Assembly: GCA_963765205.1 (NCBI GenBank)
Contig: CAVXVB010000009.1
Location: forward strand, 672,001 to 736,000
Source: an uncultured Verrucomicrobiae bacterium
GTDB taxonomy: Bacteria > Verrucomicrobiota > Verrucomicrobiia > Opitutales > JABDGR01
Reading direction: 5' to 3'
DNA length: 64,000 nucleotides
In this document: piece after piece, positions 56,540 through 64,000 of the stretch
How the letters are laid out: each line of letters opens with the position of its first letter
Position numbering within the stretch: the stretch's first letter is position 1
Translations under genes and position numbers: made by a program
Notes under the pieces: generated by a model
What the model saw: only the letters and a program-made list of their open reading frames with translations
The model's database searches: none
Told to the model about the DNA's origin: nothing

Positions 56540-56613
56540 TGCCCGATAGTGTAATGGTAGCACAAGTGACTCTGACTCACTTTGTCATGGTTCGAATCCA
56601 TGTCGGGCAACCA
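56540..56613 (+). tRNA. tRNA-Gln(CTG)
   Basis: TGCCCGA/TCGGGCA acceptor, AGTGA-CTCTGAC-TCACT anticodon arm, CATGG-TTCGAAT-CCATG T-arm, encoded CCA. Confidence 0.97.
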
Positions 56614-56636
56614 TTTTGGTTCCGGTCCGGGCCGGT

Positions 56637-57530
56637 TCAATCCACCCGCGCGCCGCTCTCCTTTTGTTTCCGCAATTCGTAAGTCTTCACCACCGTCAGA
56701 AACTCGTAATACGCGTGCAACCGCGCGAAATACCAGCCCGCGCGGCCGTCCAAAAACCCGCGCTGCCAGACATACACATATAAAAAGCGCAGGGTGGGGC
56801 GGCACGGAAGCTGGCGCGCCCACCCTTTGAGCCGCCGCCGCCAGCCGACATTGCCCTTCTGCAATTCCGCCGCATTTTGCACCCCGCCGCCCTGCTGCGC
56901 CACCGCCGCCTCCCAATTCGAGTAGCGGTTGTGCTTTTCGACAAACGCCGCCACCGTCGGAAACGCGTAATGGTCCATCAGCGCGGCCAGCCGCCCCGTT
57001 TCGCCCTCGACCAGCAGATGCTCATGCACCTCGTTGTCGCCGCTTTGCGTGTCGCCCTCGGCCAGGCGCTCAAATTTCGCCGCACGATGCTTCACCAGCC
57101 GCAAATTCCAATTCGGAAAATACGCGTGGCGCAACCACTGCCCGAGGAAAAAGAACCGCCGGTTGATCCAGTAGCCCGCGCAAAGGCCCGCCGGGTTCGT
57201 CACGATCGCGCGGATTTCCTCCGCCGCGCTCGCGGGCATGACCTCGTCGGCGTCAAGCAGCAGCACCCATTCGTGCGTGAAAGGCAAATGGCGCAGCGAC
57301 CATTCCTTTTTCTTCGGCCAGCCGCCCTTGTAATCAAATTGCACCACCCGCGCGCCCAACCGCTCGGCCATCAGCGCCGTGCCGTCCTCGCTCCGCGAAT
57401 CCACTACGAAAATTTCCGCCGCCCACGCCACCGAGGCCAGGCAGCGTGGCAGATTCGCGGCCTCGTTCTTCACCGGGATCAGCACGGAAACCGGCACGGG
57501 CGGGGCGGGCGCTGGGGTGGTGGCACTCAT
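56637..57530 (-). CDS. Glycosyltransferase family 2
   Basis: SVLIPVKNE, VVDS.S.D, LLDADE, EVHEH. Confidence 0.9.
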   Translation of the reverse strand: MSATTPAPAPPVPVSVLIPVKNEAANLPRCLASVAWAAEIFVVDSRSEDGTALMAERLGARVVQFDYKGGWPKKKEWSLRHLPFTHEWVLLLDADEVMPASAAEEIRAIVTNPAGLCAGYWINRRFFFLGQWLRHAYFPNWNLRLVKHRAAKFERLAEGDTQSGDNEVHEHLLVEGETGRLAALMDHYAFPTVAAFVEKHNRYSNWEAAVAQQGGGVQNAAELQKGNVGWRRRLKGWARQLPCRPTLRFLYVYVWQRGFLDGRAGWYFARLHAYYEFLTVVKTYELRKQKESGARVD

Positions 57531-58079
57531 GGAGAGGGAAGCGGCCGGCGCCGGGTTGCCGGCCACCGTCACGCCGTCCGCCACGTCCTGCGTGACGACC
57601 GCGCCCGCGCCGACCACCGCGCGCCGGCCCACCGACACGCCCGGCAGCACGATCGCGCGCAGGCCGACAAACGCCTGCGGGCCGATGACAATCGGCGCGG
57701 TTTGCAACGGCAGCGCCGCCGAGGAAAAATCATGCGTCCCGGTGCACAGGTAGGCCTCCTGCGCGACGGTGCAGCCTTCGCGCAATTCAATGCGCCCCAG
57801 CGCATACGCATGCGCCCCGTCGCCCAGGCACGCGCGGTCGCGCATCGTCAAATTCCACGGGTGCGTCACCCGCGCGCGCGGATGCACAAACGGGCGCCCC
57901 GCCAGCGTCGCGCCAAACACCCGCAGCCAGAACAGCCGCCACGCGTTGGCCGGCTTCGGCGTCCAGCGGCACAGCAGCGCCCAGCACCAGTCCCACAATT
58001 GCGCCCGCACGCGCTCGCTCCCCGTCCACGGCGTGGCGTAGGGCGAGGCTTGCGCGTAAGTGTGGCGCGGAGCTTTCAT
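57527..58079 (-). CDS. wcaF: WcaF-like hexapeptide acetyltransferase
   Basis: WRLFWLRVFGA, PWNL, LCTGTHD, AGNPA; removing one C near 57550 gives GNPARPLPSP* with an ATGA overlap to the GT2. Confidence 0.8.
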
Positions 58080-59221
58080 GGGGCGGTTTGGTTCAGCAAA
58101 GACTCAAAATCATTCAGGTAGCGGGTGGCAACTTCTTCCACGCGGAAATGCCCGGCGGTCTCCCACGCCGCTGCGGCCAGCCGCGCGCGCCGGGCCGGGT
58201 CGCCCGCCAGCGCGGCGAGCGTCGCCGCCAGCCGCGCCCCAGCATTGGGCGCGCGGTGGTCAAAGACGAGGCCATTCTCGCCCGCGCGCAAATAATCGCG
58301 GAAGCACGCCAAATCGGAAACCACCCCCGTCGCCCCCGCCGCCATGGCCTCCAGCGGCGCCAGCCCAAAGGACTCGCCCTTCTCCGCCACCGAGGGGTAA
58401 ACAAACAACCGCGCCCGGCGGTTTAGCTCATGCAGCTTCGCCGTGTCCGCGCCAAAGAGCGGCCCGGTCCACTCGACCGTCTCGCGGGTTGGCGCGAATT
58501 TCGCGGCCAGTTTTGCCTGATATTCTTCGCCTCCGCCGCCCTGCTCCACTATCCACGGCCCGGCCAGCACCAGCTTCCAGCCCGCCAAAACCCTGCGCAC
58601 GTCCGGCTGGCCCCACGCTTCCGCCAGCAAATCCAGCCCCTTTTCCGGATGAATCCGCCCCGCATACAACACGATGGGCGCGCGCGCCGCGTCCGGCAAT
58701 GGTTGGCTTTCCCACGCCCCGTCCGGCAGTGGGTTCGGCAACGTGCATACTCGGCCCGCCAGCGCCGGGCACTGCGCCCGCACCGCGGCGGAAACCGTTT
58801 CCGACACGCATTGCACCCGCGCCGCCCGCCCGTAAAATCGAAACTGTCCCTTCGGAAATCGCGCCACATGCACATACAGCAACCCGCGCGCGGGATCGTG
58901 CCGCAGCAGTGGAAACCAAAACGTGTTCGTGACCAGAATATCTGCGGGCGGCAGCACCCGCGCCGCGCGCCGCGAATAAACCAGGTCGCGCCACTTCAGC
59001 CGCCAAGACGAACCCGGCTGGTCAAACCCCGGTACCCGCACATGGCGCACGCCGTCGAGTTCCTGCGTTTTGGGCAGCCCGTCGCACAACCGCGAAATAT
59101 GCGTCACGGTGTGGCCGCGCCGCGCAAACTCCCGGCCCAGCGCCAGCCAGACCTTCTCCACCGCCCCGCCCCGCAACGTCGGCACCGGAAAAAACGCGCC
59201 TTGGACAATGGTAATGCGCAT
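58076..59221 (-). CDS. Glycosyltransferase family 4
   Basis: GGAVEK, YAGRIHPEKG, ESFGLAPLEAMA. Confidence 0.92.
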   Translation of the reverse strand: MRITIVQGAFFPVPTLRGGAVEKVWLALGREFARRGHTVTHISRLCDGLPKTQELDGVRHVRVPGFDQPGSSWRLKWRDLVYSRRAARVLPPADILVTNTFWFPLLRHDPARGLLYVHVARFPKGQFRFYGRAARVQCVSETVSAAVRAQCPALAGRVCTLPNPLPDGAWESQPLPDAARAPIVLYAGRIHPEKGLDLLAEAWGQPDVRRVLAGWKLVLAGPWIVEQGGGGEEYQAKLAAKFAPTRETVEWTGPLFGADTAKLHELNRRARLFVYPSVAEKGESFGLAPLEAMAAGATGVVSDLACFRDYLRAGENGLVFDHRAPNAGARLAATLAALAGDPARRARLAAAAWETAGHFRVEEVATRYLNDFESLLNQTAP

Positions 59222-59236
59222 GGGTTTAAGAGTTAA

Positions 59237-59371
59237 GAATGGAAGATGGAAAATGGAAGATGGAAAAAGCCAAGACGCTCAATTTCGTTTGGCTTATTTT
59301 TCCATCCGATTTCTAATGTAGAGGTGCAGGCTTGCTGCGCCCTCTTTTTTTCCATTTTCCATCTTCCATTC
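59237..59371. repeat. Inverted arrays of a 7-nt repeat
   Basis: gaatggaagatggaaaatggaagatggaaaa ... ttttccattttccatcttccattc. Confidence 0.75.
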
Positions 59372-59373
59372 CG

Positions 59374-60552
59374 CTAATCCTTCCCCTCCAGCACCTCAAT
59401 CTGCCGCCGCGCCGCCGCCTCGATTTGAAAACGCTTCAGAAAACAATCATGCGCGGCAACGGAAAACCGCGCGCGGTCGGCGCTCGTCCACGTCGCGTGC
59501 CGCTCCAGCAATTCGCGTGTCCCCGCCAGGTCGTCCGCTGCCGCCAAACCCGCGCCGTCGGCCACCACTTCGCGCCAGAGGTTGACCTGGTTGGAAATCA
59601 GCGTCGGCGTCCCCGCCGCCAGCGCCTCCGCCACGACGTAACCGAAATTTTCCTGGTGCGACGGCAGCACCAGCGCGTCCGCCCCCTCCAGCGCCGCCCA
59701 TTTCAAATCTTGGTCGAGCAACCCCGTCCAAAAAACATCCACGCCCTCGCGCAGGCCAAGTTGTTGCTGCAACGCGCGGCAGCGCGCGGAAAACTCCGGA
59801 CGACTTTCCGGCCCAGCCAGCACGAGCACCGGCGCGGTTTGGTTCGCCCGCGCCGCGGATGGATGCGCCGCCGCGTAAGCCTCCAGCAGCAAATCCACGC
59901 CCTTCTTTGGGTCAATCCGCCCGAGATACAGCAGGAATTTTCTGCCCGCCAGCGCCGGAAATTTTTCCTTCCATTGCCGCGCCCGCTCGGCGGGATTCCC
60001 GGCGGGCAACTCAACCCCCAGCGGCGAAATGACGCAGCGCGCCGCCCACGGCAAAAACGAATTTTGCGCCAGCCGCCTTTCCTCCTCGGTGGTGAACGCC
60101 ACGGCGCGCGCGTCGCGCAAAATTTTGTGCCCGCCGAGTTTCCAATAAATCACCTTCTTGAAATGCTTGCGCGGATAGGCCCGCTGAAACCACGGATCCA
60201 GCATTCCATGCGGATACACCACATACGGCACCTCCGCCGCCCGCGCCGCCGCGCGCACCGCCGGCCCGTGGTATTGCCACAGCCCCTCAATCGTCATCGC
60301 CTCGAACCGTCGCGCGCTTTTCCGCACCCATTTCGCAAACGCCGGGCACCAGCCGTAGCTGCGAAAGACCCGCGGCCCAAACGCCCGCACCGGATACGCC
60401 CGTCCCACCAGCCACGGCGACCCCGGCTCATCCAGGCACGCGACCTCGACCTCCTGCCCCAACGCCAGCTCCGCCCGCGTCAGCGCGTCCACCGCCGTCG
60501 CCACCCCTCCCGCCGCCGGATCGAGTGAATGAACCGTTTTTAGAATGCGCAT
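59374..60552 (-). CDS. Glycosyltransferase family 4
   Basis: PHGMLDPW, LGRIDPKKG, ENFGYVVAEALA. Confidence 0.92.
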   Translation of the reverse strand: MRILKTVHSLDPAAGGVATAVDALTRAELALGQEVEVACLDEPGSPWLVGRAYPVRAFGPRVFRSYGWCPAFAKWVRKSARRFEAMTIEGLWQYHGPAVRAAARAAEVPYVVYPHGMLDPWFQRAYPRKHFKKVIYWKLGGHKILRDARAVAFTTEEERRLAQNSFLPWAARCVISPLGVELPAGNPAERARQWKEKFPALAGRKFLLYLGRIDPKKGVDLLLEAYAAAHPSAARANQTAPVLVLAGPESRPEFSARCRALQQQLGLREGVDVFWTGLLDQDLKWAALEGADALVLPSHQENFGYVVAEALAAGTPTLISNQVNLWREVVADGAGLAAADDLAGTRELLERHATWTSADRARFSVAAHDCFLKRFQIEAAARRQIEVLEGKD

Positions 60553-60576
60553 AGAGAAGCGTTCATAGCGCCTAGG

Positions 60577-61459
60577 TTACCGATATAAATCTTCGACAAA
60601 ATGAATAATTTCTTGATGTTCAATTCTGAAATACGAATAACCATGAAGCCGACTAAGCCAGTTAAATAAGCAGGCCGTCCATTTAGTCCAGTTCGCAATC
60701 TCAAGCTCCGATGTAATTCCGCGCTTTTGGCTATAGAGCAAATATGCTTCACGGTCATCCAAAACTTTGCGCATTCCCTTAAGATGAGCCGGACTCTGAA
60801 GGAAGATTGATGGGACTTCTGGAAGAATTGTATTTTCAGACATCTCTTTAGTCATTCCTTTAGAGAGCAATTCAATATATTCTAGCCACGAGAGGGTAGG
60901 CGGCTGTGGGATCTTGTGAAAACGATTCCGGCTTTGCAACGGAGGGTATCGGAATTGAAGACGAGTGTGACGCTGGACCAGAACCGAGAGGCGGCTTTGT
61001 TGCGGGAGGTAATTGGTGAAGTTGTAAGACAAGACTTTTGAATTCGGCCTCTGAATCTGAATATGAGGACAAATTTGCACCCCTACGGGTGCCGATGCAT
61101 TTGGGGAGTAAAATTGGTTCCTTGGACTGACGAATGACCGGCACAAACTTTTTGGTGCCTAAATTGTTAATCAGTTCTTGGGTAACAATCATCGCCTCGT
61201 ACCCTGCGCCGCCTTTGCCTTCGTCAACCTTCTTTACATAAGGCTCGGTACAGATCATGAGTACTCTGTCAGCATGCCCAACCCAATACTCCATGAATTT
61301 TGCCACGTCATCACCATATTCAAGATCCCATTGATCAATGGTTACATCAATGCCCTCTTTGCGGAGACGCTGTGCAATTTCCAAAACCCATTGTTTATGC
61401 TCCTTCGAGTCATGGGAGTATGAAATAAACGCTGAGGGGATGCTTGGTTCTTCATTCAT
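60577..61459 (-). CDS. TIR/SEFIR-domain protein (frame break near 60890)
   Basis: AFISYSHD..EHK.WV..IA.RL...GIDV.IDQW...FME...RVL.ICT..Y..K....GGAGYE; low GC. Confidence 0.8.
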
Positions 61460-61517
61460 GTTGAAAAAGAAGCCATGGTTTCAGTTTTACAGAAAGGAAA
61501 TGAACATTAACACGCGT

Positions 61518-62216
61518 TCACTCCACAAACCCCTTCTCTCTTGTAAAATAATTCCATTCCGCCGGGAGTTTCTTCAGCGCGCGGGCGGGGACGCCGGCGT
61601 AGAGCGTGTGTGTCTCCTCGACGGGGTGGGGGAGCACGGCCCCCGCGCCGAGCACGCAATAATCCGGCAGCCGCGCGCCGGGCAGCACCACACACGCCGA
61701 GCTGACGAAGCAATACGCGCCAATTTCCACCGGGGCCGAGGTCTGGCGCCCGGCGGCGAGGTCAATGTTGTGCGTCAAAATTTGTGAGCGAAACCCGGCC
61801 ATTGTGGTATGATGCCCGATGGTCACGCGATTCGTGCAATCGAGCAAATGCCGGCTCGTCACGGCGCTGTGCGCGCCCAAAATCAATTCCGGCGCGCGCT
61901 CCGGCTGGTGCGCGAAATGGCGCGACTTGGCGGGAGATACCCGGTTTTGGTCGGAGGGAAAGCCCGTGATCCAGTTCAGTTGCGCGATGATGGCGTGCGG
62001 CCCGAGTTCGAGGCGGCGCAACCCGCGCACGACGTTCAAGTGCCCGATGCGCGCGCCCTCCCCCAGCTCGACTTGCTCCGCCGCGATCAGCGACAGGCCG
62101 ATGCGCGCCGTCGGGTGCAGCCGGTAGCCGAGCAGCGACTGCAACAGCGGCCGCTTCAAAAACCACGGCAGCGGCGCGGCGAGCGCGGCGATAAAAATTC
62201 GCAAACGGGAATTCAT
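61518..62216 (-). CDS. Hexapeptide-repeat acyltransferase
   Basis: Left-handed beta-helix repeats, ILTH, LYAGVPAR. Confidence 0.85.
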   Translation of the reverse strand: MNSRLRIFIAALAAPLPWFLKRPLLQSLLGYRLHPTARIGLSLIAAEQVELGEGARIGHLNVVRGLRRLELGPHAIIAQLNWITGFPSDQNRVSPAKSRHFAHQPERAPELILGAHSAVTSRHLLDCTNRVTIGHHTTMAGFRSQILTHNIDLAAGRQTSAPVEIGAYCFVSSACVVLPGARLPDYCVLGAGAVLPHPVEETHTLYAGVPARALKKLPAEWNYFTREKGFVE

Positions 62217-63355
62217 GCGAGGGCGCGTTGATAAAGGTTGGCGTAGGCGTCGAACATCCGGTCGGCGCTAAAGCGCGCGGCGTTGGCGAGGCCCGCCGCC
62301 CCCAGCTTCGCGCGCTCCGCCGCGCCGGCCAAGGCAATAATCGCGCCGGCCATCCCGCGAAAATCATCCGGCGCAACCAACACCGCCGCCGCCCCCGCCA
62401 GTTCCGGCAGCGAAGTCACGTTGCTGCAAATCACCGGGCAGCCGCACGCCTGCGCCTCGAGCACCGGCCAGCCGTAGCCCTCGGAGTAGCTGGGAAAAAC
62501 CAGCGCGTGCGCGCGGCTATACAGCGCGGCGAGTTCGTCGTGCGTCGGTCCGGGAATTTCGACCACGGCCTCCGCCGGCAAACCCACTTCGCGCGCCACC
62601 GCGCGTTCACTCTCGTTCAAGGCATCGCCCGCAAAAACGACCCGCCCCGGCCATTCCTTCCGCGCCAGCGCCAGCGCGCGCAACACCCCCGCCCGGTTCT
62701 TGCGCGCCAAGCCCGACCCGACGTGCAGCAGATACGGCCCATCCAGCAATCCCGGAAACCGCGCCAGCCGCGCCGCCGCTTCCGCCGCGGGCACCGGCGC
62801 AAACGGTGCGTTGAGCGCCAGCGGAATCGTCACCACGCGGTCGTCGTCCACCCGCCCGGTCAGGCGGCGAAAATCCTCGGTGGTTGCCGCCGAATCGCAC
62901 GCCACCCACGGCACGCGGCCCAGATACCGCAGAATCAGCGCCTGCAAAATTTTCCCCGTGGGCGAAGCCGGGCAATACGTCGCCTCGCCGCGTGCGCCGC
63001 GCACCGCCAGCAAATCATGGCAGGTCAGCACGACGCGCCGCCCGCCCAGGCCGCGCAGGTAGATCGAGTTCGAATGGTCGCAAATGTGGAACACCGTCGG
63101 GCGCGTCCCATCCCACCCCTGCGCCATCGCCATCGCGGCCGCGCGCCCGGGGAACCGCACATACTGGTCCACGTAGGCCGCCCATTTGCGCGCCCCCGCC
63201 GGCGCGCGCCGCGCCGCCCACGGCTCCGGTTGGACGAGGAACGCCGCCACCCCGCGCCGCCGCCAGCCGGTTTGCATCATCCCGGCAAAGCGCAGCATGC
63301 TCTGCTGGCGGGCCGGCGCGTAATTGCCCAACAATACGACTTGAAAATCGCTCAC
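62213..63355 (-). CDS. Glycosyltransferase family 4
   Basis: HICDHSN, TCHDL, RKN, EGYGWPVLEAQACG; GTG start overlaps the upstream stop. Confidence 0.9.
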   Translation of the reverse strand: MSDFQVVLLGNYAPARQQSMLRFAGMMQTGWRRRGVAAFLVQPEPWAARRAPAGARKWAAYVDQYVRFPGRAAAMAMAQGWDGTRPTVFHICDHSNSIYLRGLGGRRVVLTCHDLLAVRGARGEATYCPASPTGKILQALILRYLGRVPWVACDSAATTEDFRRLTGRVDDDRVVTIPLALNAPFAPVPAAEAAARLARFPGLLDGPYLLHVGSGLARKNRAGVLRALALARKEWPGRVVFAGDALNESERAVAREVGLPAEAVVEIPGPTHDELAALYSRAHALVFPSYSEGYGWPVLEAQACGCPVICSNVTSLPELAGAAAVLVAPDDFRGMAGAIIALAGAAERAKLGAAGLANAARFSADRMFDAYANLYQRALA

Positions 63356-64000
63356 GGGGGCAGTGGTTCGGGCGCAGGCGTTTTCCACTCCGGGCGGGGC
63401 CGGTAGCGATAACGGGCCCGGCGGGTCTCGGCTTTCGCACCCGTCAAGCGCATCCGGCCCGCGGCAAAGGCCAGGCCGGCAGTAAAGATGGCAAAGCCGA
63501 GCGTCGTGGCCTGGCCCCATTGCGCGTTGAGGACGAGGAAAAACGCGGCCACGGAAAATAATACGGGCCAGACATTTCCCTGGCGCAACGCGCGGTAGGA
63601 CCGGCCGGCCAGGCGCGCGCACACCCCCACCCGCAGGAAAATAAAGGCCAGGCCCAGCACCGGGCCCATTTCCAGGATTAATTGCGGCCACGTCGCCTCT
63701 CCAAGTGAGAATTGGCGCTGGCCGGAGAGGAACCCCTGCGCCATCAACGTGCCGCGGCCCACGCCCTGGCCCAGCAGCGGCGTGTCAAACAGCAGGTCAA
63801 ACCCCGGCAGCAAATCCCGGAAATATCTGGCCACGATATTGCTCTGAAAGCCCGCGACGTTGGCACCCGTGGCATCCGTCCACCGCGCGTCAAAGGCCTG
63901 GACGCCTTCTTCAAAATGCGGCATTCGCGAGGCAATGATCGTCACCACCCCGAGCAACAGCACGGTGCGCCCCAATACGCGGGGCGTGTTGGGCAACAAA
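63352..64000 (-). CDS. Polysaccharide-locus membrane protein (Wzy/O-antigen-ligase-like), 5' end outside the window
   Basis: Multiple TM segments; GQGVG.G...E..W..LILE.G pattern. Confidence 0.6.
   Translation of the reverse strand, partial: LLPNTPRVLGRTVLLLGVVTIIASRMPHFEEGVQAFDARWTDATGANVAGFQSNIVARYFRDLLPGFDLLFDTPLLGQGVGRGTLMAQGFLSGQRQFSLGEATWPQLILEMGPVLGLAFIFLRVGVCARLAGRSYRALRQGNVWPVLFSVAAFFLVLNAQWGQATTLGFAIFTAGLAFAAGRMRLTGAKAETRRARYRYRPRPEWKTPAPEPLPP

Noticed and set aside
56540..56613. tRNA-Gln as an integration site
   Set aside because: No integrase nearby and no duplicated 3' fragment seen; the downstream gene is part of the polysaccharide operon.
56637..58079. Apparent WcaF-GT2 fusion (480 aa)
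   Set aside because: Removing one C restores the GNPAR end and an ATGA stop/start overlap like neighbouring genes; probably a sequencing artefact.

Overview
GC-rich bacterial chromosome segment, most consistent with Verrucomicrobiota (inferred from DUF1592/DUF1552 pairs, an SHD1-like protein, verrucomicrobial-type C-terminal tails and REP styles). About 13 single-base frameshifts, several in conserved genes, look like long-read consensus errors. 1-4652: right arm of a probable IS1-family cargo transposon (DDE transposase, RHH-type regulators, passenger ORFs, terminal IR) holding two degenerate tRNA/tmRNA-like elements with G3:U70 acceptor stems. 4.8-20 kb: DUF1592+DUF1552 followed by four tandem secreted esterase paralogues, a GH28, a YagF/YjhG xylonate dehydratase, an MFS and an FAH-family dehydratase. 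20.3-24.2 kb: large secreted alpha/beta-hydrolase whose N-terminus is a near-triple exact 321-nt repeat (candidate newly amplified 6-blade beta-propeller). 24-34.5 kb: radC, YihY, GYF-like protein, hemC-F-E-Y-H, MFS, infA. 34.7-45.4 kb: REP-truncated zeta-type module, lactonase, second DUF1592/DUF1552 pair, isomerase, DUF6883/DUF4926 pair and an apparent double-nuclease ORF. 45.4-56.6 kb: TPP riboswitch-thiC, recD2, rhombosortase with its target lipoprotein, DUF5695, GIY-YIG, tRNA-Gln. 56.6-64 kb: surface polysaccharide operon interrupted by a low-GC TIR/SEFIR gene. All family calls come from reading motifs by eye; no searches were run.
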